A stretch of 64,000 nt of DNA from an uncultured delta proteobacterium. GTDB taxonomy: Bacteria; Desulfobacterota; Desulfomonilia; UBA1062. Below the pieces are notes generated by a model. The model made no database searches, was not told where the DNA came from, and saw nothing but the letters and a program-made list of their open reading frames with translations. The translations under genes and the position numbers were made by a program. Shown here piece by piece: positions 10,420-21,553 of this stretch (the first letter of the stretch is position 1; every line of letters starts with the position of its first letter). The DNA is taken from contig CAWCTR010000020.1 of assembly GCA_963798485.1 (NCBI GenBank), positions 32,001-96,000 of the forward strand. Reading direction: 5' to 3'.

Positions 10420-11643
10420 CTATGTCTTTGGCTTTGCGCCCCGCTTGGTTGTTTGAGCGACATCCAGCTGCCTGGAGAAGTAGTATCTCATGACCTGCCG
10501 GGAGAGTGTGTCTGCCTCAATCCAGAAATATCCGTTGCGAATGAGCAGGCATCCGATGGTGATGGCCTCGTTGTTGGTGCGGTTCTGTGCATACCCGACA
10601 AACCAGTTTCTCCGACCCTGTGGCTCGTTTCCATCAATACTGCCGCTCTTGGCGCCGATGGTGAGATCTCTCAGGACCCTGTCCGATCCGATATGTCTGA
10701 AGGCCTTGGCAACCGTACCGCACCTGGCCGTTCGTTCCATCATGAAGGCAAGGTTACGAGCTGCTCCCTCACTCATGGCCTGTATACGCTCCTCATCCTC
10801 GGACCTGACGAGCCGGGGGGTGACCATAGAGCCTTTATTCACTGCCGAGCTCACCATCTGTGCAGCATGAACCGGCGATATTTTTGTCTGTCTGTTGAAT
10901 CCGCAAGCAAGCTCAGCAAGGTTGTATTCACTCTGGGGGAAAAAAATGGTACTCGGTATGCACTCGATCTCTTTAAGTGGTGACTTCCAAAAACCAAGTT
11001 TCATGGCTGTCAGGTAGATAGGGGCCTCTCCGAGATGGAGCATGCCGATCTTGGCAAAGACCACATTATTGGAGTGTGCAAATGCATCAGCCAGGGTAAT
11101 ATCGGCGGTCCACCGGTCTTTCCTGTCCTTGAGCTGGTTCTTGTAGAGGGTATGGGCATTGCCTGTATATGAAAAAACGCTATTGCTGTTATAACCTCCC
11201 TGATCCATTGCAGCCACAGCAGTTACCAGCTTGAAGATGCTCGCCGCATGATTCGTATCCAGGCAGATGCTGCAATCCTGTCCGGAGGGTTTCTTGCCAT
11301 ACATGGCAAGGATGTCCCCGGTACGGGCGTCCATGACCACGATTGCACCGTAATAGACTTTGTACTTGACAGCTTCCTCGGCGATAAACTGCTGGAGGCC
11401 CCAATTGATAGTCAGATTCTGCCTTTTGATGACGTCCTGATCAATATAGGCGAGATCCTTTTTAGAAAGCGCGGCCTTCTTTTCCTTCACCGGAACCATC
11501 TCCGCCCCCCCTTTGTTGCCGGGCATGAAAAAGAGAGATCCGATGATCAACAGGAAGGGCAACAGGAGATAGCGAAGGCGTAGGTACCTCCGTTTTTCCC
11601 TCTTCGGCAGAGGATATTCGTCCATTGGAAATTGTCTTATCAT
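10420..11643 (-). CDS. Membrane-anchored penicillin-binding transpeptidase domain protein
   Basis: SxxK (ASIFK), SxN (SNN), KSG motifs and one N-terminal TM; true start likely 11643 or 11625, not 12069. Confidence 0.87.
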   Translation of the reverse strand: MIRQFPMDEYPLPKREKRRYLRLRYLLLPFLLIIGSLFFMPGNKGGAEMVPVKEKKAALSKKDLAYIDQDVIKRQNLTINWGLQQFIAEEAVKYKVYYGAIVVMDARTGDILAMYGKKPSGQDCSICLDTNHAASIFKLVTAVAAMDQGGYNSNSVFSYTGNAHTLYKNQLKDRKDRWTADITLADAFAHSNNVVFAKIGMLHLGEAPIYLTAMKLGFWKSPLKEIECIPSTIFFPQSEYNLAELACGFNRQTKISPVHAAQMVSSAVNKGSMVTPRLVRSEDEERIQAMSEGAARNLAFMMERTARCGTVAKAFRHIGSDRVLRDLTIGAKSGSIDGNEPQGRRNWFVGYAQNRTNNEAITIGCLLIRNGYFWIEADTLSRQVMRYYFSRQLDVAQTTKRGAKPKT

Positions 11644-11851
11644 TATATATCTTATTTCGGCATATTGCACAGAGATATGATAGATGTCAATATTCACGGC
11701 ATCACCACAAGACTCTCCCTTGATAAACCTTGTACCTTCTGATAGTCTTTTGGGCTCATCTGCATATGAATCGTATGTGAAAATAGGAAAGTGTGCGATG
11801 TATTGTACGGATTCCCCAGGTAGGGCCATGAATGAGGCGTAAGAAATATCT

Positions 11852-12928
11852 ATGAAGAATGAAATAGAAGATATCAGGGCCAAAATCGACGCCATTGACG
11901 ACAAGATCCTCAAACTCCTCCAGGGCCGATCTATGCTGTCCGTGGAGATGGGAAAGATCAAGCGTGCGGAGAATAAAGTCATTTTTGATCCATCGAGAGA
12001 AGAAGAGATAATCAGCCGCATTGATGGGAAATGTGAAGCACCACTGACCAGGCCTATGGTAGAGGGCATCTTTCGCGAGATATTCAGCGCCTCCCGATCT
12101 CTCCAACTGCGACAGAAGGTGGCCTATCTTGGTCCGGAAGGAAGCTTCTCGCACCAGGCGGCCTTCAGCGTATTTTCACTTGACGGTGACCTCATACCAT
12201 TCAAGGACATAGAAAAGGTCATCCAGTCTGTTGCCTCATCGAGGGTGGATATCGGCGTAGTGCCTGTGGAAAATTCCACAGAGGGTATGATCAACCGCAC
12301 TTTGGATATGATGGCAACTACCCGGCTTTGTGTAATCCAGGAGTTCATGCTTCCCATTCGGAACTGTCTGCTCGCCAATATTCCCAAAGAAAATATTCGC
12401 AAGGTGTTCTCACATCCCCAGCCGCTTGCCCAGTGCAGGGTGTGGCTCTCATCAAACCTGCCCCAGGCGGAGATCATCGAGACCACGAGCACCTCGGAGG
12501 CTGCAATGGCTGCACGGTCTCACGAGGATGGGGCTGCTGTTGCTTCGTCAATGGCCGCAGAGCTGTATGGGCTTTCCATCTTTGCCGAGAATATCAATGA
12601 TTTCCGAGAGAACATTACACGGTTCTGGGTAGTCGCCCGTACGGCCGCACCGATATCCGGCAATGCAAAGACATCCATTATCGTCACCCTCGATAACCGA
12701 CCCGGCGCCTTATATAACGCGCTGGGCGTGTTCGCGCGAAAGGGGATCAACCTCACCAAGATCGAGTCGCGGCCTTCAATGAAGAGCCCATGGGAATACC
12801 TGTTCTTCATCGACTTCCAAGGGAATCTCATGGATGAAAATGTAAAGACGACTATTGAAGCGATTAAAGAATTCACCAGGGATGTGATCATCCTGGGTTC
12901 CTATCCTGAAGGGAGAACGCTTCCATGA
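11852..12928 (+). CDS. pheA: Chorismate mutase / prephenate dehydratase
   Basis: AroQ N-terminus, VAYLGPEGSFSH, PVENSTEG, NITRF, INLTKIESRP ACT domain. Confidence 0.96.
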   Translation: MKNEIEDIRAKIDAIDDKILKLLQGRSMLSVEMGKIKRAENKVIFDPSREEEIISRIDGKCEAPLTRPMVEGIFREIFSASRSLQLRQKVAYLGPEGSFSHQAAFSVFSLDGDLIPFKDIEKVIQSVASSRVDIGVVPVENSTEGMINRTLDMMATTRLCVIQEFMLPIRNCLLANIPKENIRKVFSHPQPLAQCRVWLSSNLPQAEIIETTSTSEAAMAARSHEDGAAVASSMAAELYGLSIFAENINDFRENITRFWVVARTAAPISGNAKTSIIVTLDNRPGALYNALGVFARKGINLTKIESRPSMKSPWEYLFFIDFQGNLMDENVKTTIEAIKEFTRDVIILGSYPEGRTLP

Positions 12929-14013
12929 AGACTGTGGAGCCCAATGAGTGGGTCTTCACCATCCCTGAATATGTTCCCGGCAGGTCAAAGGAAGAGATCA
13001 CCAGACAGTACGGCGCTGCAAATCCCATTAAACTTGCATCCAACGAAAACCCGTTGGGTGCAAGCCCCAAGGCCCTTGACGCCATCAGAGAGGCCATGGC
13101 GGCCTCCCACCTTTACCCGGACCCTGATTCAAGAAATCTTCGAACAGCAGCGGCGCGATTCTTTGGCTGCACGCTCGAAGACATCGTAGCCGGGAATGGC
13201 TCGGATGAAATAATCGACCTCATCTGCCGGGCATATCTGAAGCCGGGGGATGAGGTGATTATCCCATCGTGCACCTTCAGTTATTATCGCATCGCCTCTT
13301 TGGCATGCGGCGCTCACGTAGTCGCCTCCACCATGAAGGATCATTGTATAGATATAACCGCCATTGAGGCTGCCTTAAGCCCCAAGACCAAGGTCATCTT
13401 TATTGCAAACCCCAACAATCCCACAGGTACGTATCTCAAGGGAGTTGAGCTCGTGAGCCTTGTCAATGCCATACCGGAAAATGTCCTTTTAGTCATTGAT
13501 GAGGCTTATGGGGCCTTTGCAAGGGCAAATGATTACCTGAGCGCCATATCTCTCACAAAAAGCACATCAAACCTTATTACTATCCATACCCTTTCAAAAT
13601 CCCATGGACTTGCAGGTCTCAGGGTGGGATTCGGTATTGCATCAAAGGCAATCCTTAACGCTATGCTCCGCATCAAGCCTCCGTTCAATGTGAACATCCT
13701 TGCTCAAAAGGCGGGAAAGGCGGCACTGAACGACGATGCCTTCTTCAAGAAGACCCTTTCTCATACCTGGGACAGCCTGGATACTTTTTATGCTGCTTTC
13801 GAAAGACTCGGCTTATCATATATCAGGTCGCAGACAAACTTCGTCCTGGTGCATATCGGCAAGGATTCACCCAGGGTCTATGAGGATCTTTTAAAAAGGG
13901 GCATCATTACCCGCTACATTGCAAACATCGGGCTTGACGAGTATCTCCGGGTAAGCATCGGGTTGCCCGGGGAAAACAATGCATTCATTGAAGCCCTTGA
14001 AGAGGTCTTATGA
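12925..14013 (+). CDS. hisC: Histidinol-phosphate aminotransferase
   Basis: KLASNENP, GNGSDE, NPNNPTG, DEAY, TLSKSHGLAGLRVG. Confidence 0.95.
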   Translation: MKTVEPNEWVFTIPEYVPGRSKEEITRQYGAANPIKLASNENPLGASPKALDAIREAMAASHLYPDPDSRNLRTAAARFFGCTLEDIVAGNGSDEIIDLICRAYLKPGDEVIIPSCTFSYYRIASLACGAHVVASTMKDHCIDITAIEAALSPKTKVIFIANPNNPTGTYLKGVELVSLVNAIPENVLLVIDEAYGAFARANDYLSAISLTKSTSNLITIHTLSKSHGLAGLRVGFGIASKAILNAMLRIKPPFNVNILAQKAGKAALNDDAFFKKTLSHTWDSLDTFYAAFERLGLSYIRSQTNFVLVHIGKDSPRVYEDLLKRGIITRYIANIGLDEYLRVSIGLPGENNAFIEALEEVL

Positions 14014-14837
14014 AGGTAACGATCATAGGCCTCGGGCTCATTGGTGCATCCATCGCGAAGGTCCTTCAAGGCACCACCCATATCACAGGCATCGACATGA
14101 GCAGCCGGGTTATACGGCAGGCACTTGAAGAGGGCGTGATATCAGATGGCGGTACCGACATGGCTATAGCCTCGGGGAGCGACCTGGTGATTATCGCCGT
14201 GCCGGTAGGAAGCATAGTGGATGAAGCATTAAGGGTGATCAGATATATCGACGAGAATACTGTCCTGACCGATACAGGTTCCACAAAGGCCACCATCGTC
14301 TGTCGCATTGACAAGGTCTTCCCCTCGTTCGTGGGATCCCATCCCATAGCAGGCAAGGAAAATCCGGGTTATACCTATAGCCAGGCTGACCTGTTCAAGG
14401 ATGCTATGACCATTATCACCCCGTCGGCATCAACACGTCAGGGGTGCATCGCTAAGGTTAAGCAACTGTGGGAGACATGCAACTCCAGAACCCATATCAT
14501 GGACCCTGTGAAACACGACCAGCTCATGGCCATCATCAGCCATATGCCCCACCTTTTGAGCTATGCATCCATGAGCATGGCAGGCGATCTTCATATACAC
14601 AAACAACTCTTGGGCGCCGGTTTCCGGGACTTCACCCGCATTGCCGCCTCAGACCCCCTCATGTGGAGGGATATCTTCCTGGAAAATAAGGATAATATCC
14701 TGCCCCTGATAGATAAATACTTAGAAGAGCTGAAGTTCATCAGGACCCTCATTGAAGAGGGAAAGACCAAAGACCTGGAAAAAGCATTATCATCTTACGC
14801 ACAGATCAAGAGAGGTTTGTATGTCAATTCACGGTGA
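14010..14837 (+). CDS. tyrA: Prephenate/arogenate dehydrogenase
   Basis: GLGLIG, TDTGSTK, HPIAG, HD..ISHMPH, GFRDFTRIA. Confidence 0.94.
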   Translation: MKVTIIGLGLIGASIAKVLQGTTHITGIDMSSRVIRQALEEGVISDGGTDMAIASGSDLVIIAVPVGSIVDEALRVIRYIDENTVLTDTGSTKATIVCRIDKVFPSFVGSHPIAGKENPGYTYSQADLFKDAMTIITPSASTRQGCIAKVKQLWETCNSRTHIMDPVKHDQLMAIISHMPHLLSYASMSMAGDLHIHKQLLGAGFRDFTRIAASDPLMWRDIFLENKDNILPLIDKYLEELKFIRTLIEEGKTKDLEKALSSYAQIKRGLYVNSR

Positions 14838-16065
14838 GATCACCCCTCCCCCGGACAAATCCATTTCTCACAGGGCCTTCATGCTTGGAGCCCTGGCTGA
14901 CGGTACTACTACCATAAGGAATTCCCTGAATTCAGAAGATATCAAGAGTACACGATCCGCCCTTGCTGCACTTGGTGTTGATATTCAAAAGGATGGAGAC
15001 ATATACCGGGTAAAAGGATCACAGATCAAGGAACCGATCCAGGTCATTGATGCCGGCAATTCCGGGACCACAGCCAGGCTCATATGCGGCATCCTTGCCG
15101 GGCTGGACGGCATAATCACCCTCACAGGGGACAGCTCGCTTGTCCAGCGTCCCATGGCCCGTGTTATCAAGCCGTTAGAGCTTATGGGAGCGCGTTTTAT
15201 GGCCCGCAAGGGCGGGTATCTGCCCCTGTCTATTAAGGGCGGCAGTCTAAGGGGGATCTTCCATCCCATGGAGATATCTTCCGCCCAGGTGAAGTCCGCC
15301 CTGCTTCTCGCCGGATTAAAGGCCGACGGACAGACCACCGTGAACGAGCCGTCACCAAGCCGTGATCACACTGAACGCATGCTTGGATACTTCGGGGCGA
15401 CCTTGAGCCTCAGCCAGAAATCCGTGACTATAAAGGGCGGCCAGAAACTTGAGGCGCGTGACATCATTGTCCCTGGAGATCCATCATCCGCTGCCTTCCC
15501 GATAGTATGGGCAGCCGCCGTGCCCGGCTCGGAGATTATTGTACGTGATGTATGTTTAAATACAACCCGAACAGGATTTCTTGCAGTACTTGAGCGGATG
15601 GGTGCTCAGATCGAGAGGGGCAACGTACAGGTCAGGGCCGGAGAGCCGGTGGGTGATCTCATAATACGTGGCTCCGAGCTCAAGGGCACTACTATAGCCG
15701 GTGATGAAATCCCCTCCCTGATCGACGAGATCCCCATCCTGGTAGCGGCTGCCGCACTGGCCTCAGGCACCACGGTCATCACTGATGCCAAGGAACTGCG
15801 GGTGAAGGAAACAGACCGCATTACCGCCATGGCGCAGGGCTTGTCACGGCTCGGCGCACATGTTGAGGAACTCGACGACGGTCTCATTGTCAAGGGACTC
15901 TCACAACTGTCCGCAGGCAACATCTCAACATTCTCCGATCATCGGATCGCCATGTCGTTCTTCATCCTTTCCAGGGCTTCGGGAATTGACATCCGCCTCG
16001 ATAACTCTGAGTGCGTGAATATCTCATATCCCACATTCTTCACGGACATGGAGAGGCTGAAATGA
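14821..16065 (+). CDS. aroA: 3-phosphoshikimate 1-carboxyvinyltransferase (EPSP synthase)
   Basis: DKSISHR, GNSGTT, SSAQVKSA, RDHTERML, RVKETDR, DHRIAM. Confidence 0.96.
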   Translation: MSIHGEITPPPDKSISHRAFMLGALADGTTTIRNSLNSEDIKSTRSALAALGVDIQKDGDIYRVKGSQIKEPIQVIDAGNSGTTARLICGILAGLDGIITLTGDSSLVQRPMARVIKPLELMGARFMARKGGYLPLSIKGGSLRGIFHPMEISSAQVKSALLLAGLKADGQTTVNEPSPSRDHTERMLGYFGATLSLSQKSVTIKGGQKLEARDIIVPGDPSSAAFPIVWAAAVPGSEIIVRDVCLNTTRTGFLAVLERMGAQIERGNVQVRAGEPVGDLIIRGSELKGTTIAGDEIPSLIDEIPILVAAAALASGTTVITDAKELRVKETDRITAMAQGLSRLGAHVEELDDGLIVKGLSQLSAGNISTFSDHRIAMSFFILSRASGIDIRLDNSECVNISYPTFFTDMERLK

Positions 16066-16724
16066 CTTACCGCACCATTACCATAGACGGACCTGCAGGG
16101 AGCGGAAAATCAAGTGTTGCAAAAGAAATAGCGAGAAGACTCAAATACACGTTTCTTGATACAGGCGCCATATACCGCGCCGCTGCTGTCGTCGTTGAAA
16201 CGGCAGGCTGTGATATTCACGATGACAAAGAATGCGCCTCTGTCCTTGCAAAAGCTGACCTCAGGATAACAGCAGGGAAGACCTTTGCAAACGGTAGAGA
16301 GGTGACTGATGAGATCCGGTCTCACCATATCAGTGAGTTGGCCTCGGCAATTGCAGCTTATCCTTCCGTACGAGAGGAATTGCTTGGTATACAAAGGGCC
16401 TTCAAGGGAAACACCTCTCTGGTAGCAGAGGGAAGAGATACGGGAACAGCGGTATTCCCCGATGCCGACATTAAATTCTATCTGGATGCCACACCCGAGG
16501 AACGGGCCAGGCGCAGACACGCTGAATCTGCAAGCAAGGGCATTGATATACCAATAGGGCAGGTCCTGCTTGATTTAAAACGGCGCGATAAACGCGACTG
16601 CACGAGGACGGCCTCACCATTGACTATACCTGAGAACTCATTTGTGGTCGATACGACACACCTAAATTTTGAAGAGGTAGTTGAGAAGATCCTCTTAATT
16701 ATTAATGAGAGGTTAACCGATTAG
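16062..16724 (+). CDS. cmk: Cytidylate kinase
   Basis: IDGPAGSGKS, DTGAIYR, EGRDTGT.VFPDA. Confidence 0.96.
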   Translation: MTYRTITIDGPAGSGKSSVAKEIARRLKYTFLDTGAIYRAAAVVVETAGCDIHDDKECASVLAKADLRITAGKTFANGREVTDEIRSHHISELASAIAAYPSVREELLGIQRAFKGNTSLVAEGRDTGTAVFPDADIKFYLDATPEERARRRHAESASKGIDIPIGQVLLDLKRRDKRDCTRTASPLTIPENSFVVDTTHLNFEEVVEKILLIINERLTD

Positions 16725-16943
16725 GAGTCGGTCCTGCTTGCCTGAATCCTCCAAAGTGGCATCTTTACGCATCTCTAACGCCATATGGTCAAGAATCTCT
16801 CTTGAAAAATTTATAACATCCTTGTTTGTGAAACCATTACGGATGAGTTCCTTGTAAAGGCTCTTAGCAAGGATCTTAGTAGCCCTCGTCGTATCCATAT
16901 TTTTCAAAATAATATCAAGATTACCCTTTGAGTTCATATTCAA
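16713..16943 (-). CDS. Small hypothetical protein (76 aa)
   Basis: Amphipathic helical ORF with AGAGG RBS and an upstream sigma54-type promoter. Confidence 0.7.
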   Translation of the reverse strand: MNMNSKGNLDIILKNMDTTRATKILAKSLYKELIRNGFTNKDVINFSREILDHMALEMRKDATLEDSGKQDRLLIG

Positions 16944-16968
16944 TCCTCTCTCACTTGACCCATATTAA

Positions 16969-16985
16969 TGCATCCACCATGCCAA
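16969..16985 (-). promoter_or_regulatory. Sigma54 (-24/-12) promoter candidate
   Basis: Minus strand TTGGCATGGTGGATGCA = GG-N10-GC, about 25 nt upstream of ORF 16943. Confidence 0.65.
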
Positions 16986-17161
16986 GTATGATAATTGTTA
17001 ATTTAACGTTAATATATCAATGGTTGCTTGTTCAATTGCTTAAGCTTCCTTAACTTTGCTGTGGAAATTTTGCAATAGGTGAATAGCTGTTCATACTGTG
17101 CATATCCTCCCCAGGCCGATCTAGAGAGACTTCACTTCTGCTGATGAAAAACCACACAACC

Positions 17162-18448
17162 CTAAAAGATCTCACTGGTCAGAGTCAACTGATCGCTGTT
17201 GGCTTTGGTCTTGGGCCTGCGGTACCTCCTGCGCCTCTTTTTCTGGATCTTTCCCATGCCATTGCTGAAAGGGAATTTCTCATTAAAGACAGCGGCAAAG
17301 GCACTCCCATCATGAACGATCCGACCCAGCGTAATAAGGGCAAACATCTCGTCCGCGTCTTTATAACTGGCCTTCTTCGCCAGGGACCATCTCATCCTTC
17401 CTGTCTGCATCGCAGACATCATCTGCTCCAGAATCTCCAGGGCATGGACCATATTCGACCTCAATGCCTTTGGAATGACCACGAGCACCTGTGAGCCGGC
17501 ATACTCCTCGGTAAGCAGGTTCATCTTGTCTCTATAATTATGTCCTTTTTTATGAATAATCCGGCAAGCCCAGGGCCAAAAGAACAAACCATATGACACA
17601 ACCTGTGATGGAGGCTCTCCTCTCCTGAGCGCCCCATCGAGAATGTCCAGCAGTCTCAGAAACTCTTCCCTTACCTCTTGGGATTCTTCGACAATTTTTC
17701 CCACCTTACCCAGGATGATGGAAAGCAAGGAGCAGGCTGCCATCTTGCGAATAAAATCTCCGGCAAAACCGGAGGTAAGATCCTTGTTCAACTCTTCGTA
17801 CAACCTGGAGCCGGAGCTCGCGGCCAGGAGATGCCGGTTCGTTTCAATGGCTTTGGCTGTTTCATGTTCAATAGTAAAACCTTGGCGAGAGGCATATCTG
17901 AGAACCCTCCACATCCTCACCGGGTCTTCAGAATATCGCACAGCCGGGTCACCTATGATGCAGACCCTCTTCTGCTTGATATCTTCAAGACCGCCTACAT
18001 AATCGATGATCGAGAAGGTATTGATGTCATAGAACAAGGCATTGATGGTAATATCTCTCCGGAAGGCGTCTTCCTGAGGTGTGCCGAATGTGTTATTGTG
18101 ATCAGACTCGGCCTCCTGGGTTGCCTCCGGCTCTTTCCTGAAGGTGGCTACCTCGATTATCTTGTTACCCTTGAACCGGATGTGAGCCAAGCGGAAGCGT
18201 CTGCCAATGAGAAAGCAGTTGGCAAAAAGCTTTTTTATCTGGCCTGGCCTGGCATCGGTAGCAATATCGAAGTCCTTGGGCTTTTTGCCAAGGAGAAGAT
18301 CACGGACTGCACCGCCTACCATAAATGCCTTGAATCCGTTGCGTGAAAGCCTGTAAAGCACCTTCAATGCATCAGGATCGATCTCTCTGCGGGATATTTG
18401 GTGATAGGCCCTGGGTAGGGTGAACGGCTCTTTACTCTGTCTCTTCAT
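17162..18448 (-). CDS. pcnB: Poly(A) polymerase I
   Basis: VGGAVRD..PKDFD, PAP signature LIGRRFRLAHIRF, RRDITINAL, basic C-terminal tail. Confidence 0.93.
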   Translation of the reverse strand: MKRQSKEPFTLPRAYHQISRREIDPDALKVLYRLSRNGFKAFMVGGAVRDLLLGKKPKDFDIATDARPGQIKKLFANCFLIGRRFRLAHIRFKGNKIIEVATFRKEPEATQEAESDHNNTFGTPQEDAFRRDITINALFYDINTFSIIDYVGGLEDIKQKRVCIIGDPAVRYSEDPVRMWRVLRYASRQGFTIEHETAKAIETNRHLLAASSGSRLYEELNKDLTSGFAGDFIRKMAACSLLSIILGKVGKIVEESQEVREEFLRLLDILDGALRRGEPPSQVVSYGLFFWPWACRIIHKKGHNYRDKMNLLTEEYAGSQVLVVIPKALRSNMVHALEILEQMMSAMQTGRMRWSLAKKASYKDADEMFALITLGRIVHDGSAFAAVFNEKFPFSNGMGKIQKKRRRRYRRPKTKANSDQLTLTSEIF

Positions 18449-18659
18449 TCTGGTTGTCTTCGTCCGGCCTTCCCTCTATGCGGTATGATTCACTTGCCCA
18501 GCCGATAAGGTCAAGGCCCTTACAGACCCTAGAACAAAACGGCCTGTAAGGGTTCCCATCAAAGGGTACTTCCTGTTTACAGGCAGGGCATCTGACCATC
18601 CTTTTCACAAGCTTATACTCATTCTCTTTTACCACATAGGGCTCATACTTTATTTTCAT
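18432..18659 (-). CDS. yacG: DNA gyrase inhibitor YacG
   Basis: CPAC..YRPFCSRVCKGLDLIGWASESYRI; true start may be downstream (MVRCP). Confidence 0.9.
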   Translation of the reverse strand: MKIKYEPYVVKENEYKLVKRMVRCPACKQEVPFDGNPYRPFCSRVCKGLDLIGWASESYRIEGRPDEDNQNEETE

Positions 18660-18811
18660 ATTTAAAGTAAATTGTTTTGATTATTATATTTTACTCTTGA
18701 GTTCCCTACCCATTGTGTGAATTATCGGCAGGATTTTCTTTTAATAATTCCTATTGACTAAAACAATAAAAGAATGATTTGGTAATTACAAGTAAAACAA
18801 CAGAAGATGCA

Positions 18812-19459
18812 ATGCTAAAAAAGATTAGAAGAAAACGCCAGATTTTACGCAACAGAACCGTCATCCTACGGTCTGCCCGAGAGCTCTTCCATAAAAAGGG
18901 TTTCTATGGAACCACCATGGAAGACATCGCCCAGCACTCGGGATTTGACAGAAGGACCATTTATAATCACTTTAAAAACAAGGAAGATGTCTTTGCTGCA
19001 TTGATATCCAGCATCCTGACGGATATTGATGCCGTCTTTAATGACGTATCCGCCGAGATCGGCTCTCCGCTGGATAAACTCAGGGGGCTTGTCTTAAGCC
19101 TTCTGGATCTGTACATCGATAATTCCCAGCTATTAAACATCTTCATGTCTGAATACGAGACGAACGAGATCAAGAAGAGACAACACCTCTCTGTGTACAC
19201 CCTCAAGAATATCAGCGCCTATAAAAAGATCGAGGCACGTCTCGTTGCTATGATTAAAGACGCCCAGGAAGTAAACCTAGTGGTAAATGTCCATCCGTAT
19301 ATACTCGCGGGTATGCTTAATGAGCTGATATTAAGGAGCGTCATTGTCCTGCACAACCAGAAAAACGCCATACGCAAGAAAGATATCATCCACGATATCT
19401 TTGAGCTCCTTGGCAAGAACGTCATGAAGGCGCCTATTATATCCCCTGACAATGAATAG
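18812..19459 (+). CDS. TetR/AcrR family transcriptional regulator
   Basis: ARELFHKKGFYGTTMEDIA..RTIYNHFKNKE HTH. Confidence 0.92.
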   Translation: MLKKIRRKRQILRNRTVILRSARELFHKKGFYGTTMEDIAQHSGFDRRTIYNHFKNKEDVFAALISSILTDIDAVFNDVSAEIGSPLDKLRGLVLSLLDLYIDNSQLLNIFMSEYETNEIKKRQHLSVYTLKNISAYKKIEARLVAMIKDAQEVNLVVNVHPYILAGMLNELILRSVIVLHNQKNAIRKKDIIHDIFELLGKNVMKAPIISPDNE

Positions 19460-19515
19460 ACCTTCTTCTTAATCCCCAATCCGAATACCTAAGTCATCAT
19501 CCCTTGAACATAAAG

Positions 19516-19544
19516 AGAGGGGTGAGTTAAACCCTCACCCCTCT
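19516..19544. terminator. Hairpin terminator between convergent tetR and groEL
   Basis: AGAGGGGTGAG-N7-CTCACCCCTCT perfect 11-bp stem. Confidence 0.7.
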
Positions 19545-19572
19545 TCGAGTTTGCTACGTACAAGCCTTTTTG

Positions 19573-21225
19573 TTACATCATGCCGCCCATACCACCCATG
19601 CCGCCCATGCCGCCCATATCGGGCATGCCGGGTGCACCTGATCCCTTTTCATCAGGGATCTCGGCAATCATGACCTCGGTGGTGAGCAACAACCCTGCAA
19701 CTGAAGCTGCATTCTGCAGGGCCGAGCGTGCAACCTTGGTGGGGTCGATGATACCGGCCTTCACCATGTCTTCATATTCCTCGGACTCGGCATTGAATCC
19801 GACATTGCCTTTGAGGCCCTTCACCTTTTCCACCACAATGCCGCCTTCCATGCCTGCGTTCACTGCGATCTGACGAAGAGGCTCTTCCAGGGCCTTCTGA
19901 ATGATCTTTACGCCGAACTGCTGTTCGCCGGGCAGATCAAGCTTGCCCAGCTTCTCGATGCAGCGCAGCAGCGCCACGCCGCCGCCCGCGATAAAACCCT
20001 CTTCCACGGCTGCACGGGTGGCATGGAGTGCGTCTTCTACACGGGCCTTCTTCTCTTTCATCTCAGGCTCGGTAGCGGCTCCCACCTTGATTACTGCGAC
20101 ACCGCCGGCAAGCTTGGCAAGCCTCTCTTGAAGTTTCTCGCGGTCATAATCAGATGACGTTTCTTCGATCTGGGCCTTGATCTGGCTGATCCTTGCCTGG
20201 ATCTGTGCCTTTTTGCCTGCACCCTCAACGATGGTGGAGTTATCTTTGTCGATAATGATCTTCTTGGCAGTTCCCAGGTCGTTCATGGTCACTGACTCGA
20301 GCTTTCTGCCGAGATCTTCCGACACAACCTCGCCGCCGGTAAGAATAGCTATGTCTTCCAGCATGGCCTTACGCCTGTCTCCGAAGCCCGGAGCCTTGAC
20401 AGCGGCGCACTTGAGCGTACCCCTGAGCTTGTTAACCACAAGTGTTGCGAGCGCCTCGCCTTCGATGTCCTCAGAAATGATAAGCAGCGGCTTACCCTTC
20501 TTCGCGATCTGCTCCAGCACAGGGATAATATCCCTCATATTGCTGATCTTCTTATCGTAGATAAGGATCACCGGTGCCTCGAGCACCACTTCCATACGCT
20601 CTGCATCGGTAACGAAGTAGGGTGAGAGGTAACCCCTGTCGAACTGCATGCCTTCCACCAGGTCAAGGGTGGTGTCCATGCTCTTGGCCTCTTCCACGGT
20701 GATGACGCCTTCTTTGCCGACCTTGTCCATTGCATCGGCAATCAGGGCGCCCACTTCATTGTCGCCATTGGCCGAGATGGTTCCGACCTGCTCGATCTCC
20801 TTCTTGTCCTCAACCTTTCTGCTCATCTTCTTGAGTTCTTCAACAATCGCTGAGGTAGCCTTATCGATGCCGCGCTTAAGATCCATGGCGTTCATGCCGC
20901 CTGCCAGATACTTCAGGCCTTCCGTATAGATGGCCTGGGCCAGGACGGTAGCCGTAGTGGTTCCATCTCCTGCTATATCGGAGGTCTTGGAGGCCACTTC
21001 CTTGACCATCTGGGCACCCATATTCTCAAACTTGTCCTTAAGTTCGATCTCCTTGGCCACACTCACGCCGTCTTTTGTGACAAGCGGTGCCCCAAAGGCC
21101 TTATCAAGGATTGCATTGCGGCCCTTGGGGCCGAGAGTAGCCTTGACTGCATTGGCGAGCTTGTTCACGCCGCTTACAATTTTATTCCGTGCTTCCTGAT
21201 TATAGATTATCTCTTTGCCTGCCAT
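19573..21225 (-). CDS. groL: Chaperonin GroEL
   Basis: [30 protein letters not shown]-rich tail. Confidence 0.99.
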   Translation of the reverse strand: MAGKEIIYNQEARNKIVSGVNKLANAVKATLGPKGRNAILDKAFGAPLVTKDGVSVAKEIELKDKFENMGAQMVKEVASKTSDIAGDGTTTATVLAQAIYTEGLKYLAGGMNAMDLKRGIDKATSAIVEELKKMSRKVEDKKEIEQVGTISANGDNEVGALIADAMDKVGKEGVITVEEAKSMDTTLDLVEGMQFDRGYLSPYFVTDAERMEVVLEAPVILIYDKKISNMRDIIPVLEQIAKKGKPLLIISEDIEGEALATLVVNKLRGTLKCAAVKAPGFGDRRKAMLEDIAILTGGEVVSEDLGRKLESVTMNDLGTAKKIIIDKDNSTIVEGAGKKAQIQARISQIKAQIEETSSDYDREKLQERLAKLAGGVAVIKVGAATEPEMKEKKARVEDALHATRAAVEEGFIAGGGVALLRCIEKLGKLDLPGEQQFGVKIIQKALEEPLRQIAVNAGMEGGIVVEKVKGLKGNVGFNAESEEYEDMVKAGIIDPTKVARSALQNAASVAGLLLTTEVMIAEIPDEKGSGAPGMPDMGGMGGMGGMGGMM

Positions 21226-21242
21226 TTCATCTTCCTCCTTGC

Positions 21243-21530
21243 CTACTGGATAATCCCGAGGATGTCTTCCTCTCTCATGATGAGCAGTTCCTCACCCTCG
21301 ATCTTGATCTCGTTCCCTGCATACTTAGAGAAGAGCACCCTGTCACCCTTTTTCACATCGAGGGGGATGACTTTCCCATCCTCGGTCTTCTTGCCGCCAC
21401 CAGCGGAGATGACCTCTCCCATCTGGGGTTTTTCTTTTGCCGTATCAGGGATGATAATTCCCCCTTTGGTCTTCTGTTCCTCTTCGATCCTCTTGACGAG
21501 AACTCTGTCGTGCAATGGCTTAATCTTCAT
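21243..21530 (-). CDS. groS: Co-chaperonin GroES
   Basis: [23 protein letters not shown]; start ATG at 21530 with RBS. Confidence 0.98.
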   Translation of the reverse strand: MKIKPLHDRVLVKRIEEEQKTKGGIIIPDTAKEKPQMGEVISAGGGKKTEDGKVIPLDVKKGDRVLFSKYAGNEIKIEGEELLIMREEDILGIIQ

Positions 21531-21553
21531 TCCTTTCCTCCAGACTCTGATTG

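Noticed and set aside
11644-12069. N-terminal extension of the 549-aa PBP ORF
   Set aside because: It overlaps pheA antisense and precedes the natural basic-plus-TM N-terminus; an open-frame artefact.
18721-18750. Sigma28 promoter (GCCGATAA on the minus strand) upstream of yacG
   Set aside because: The -10 box is perfect but there is no TAAA -35 at the right spacing; too weak to call.
19575-19630. Short tandem repeats at the groEL end
   Set aside because: Ordinary GGM-repeat tail of GroEL.
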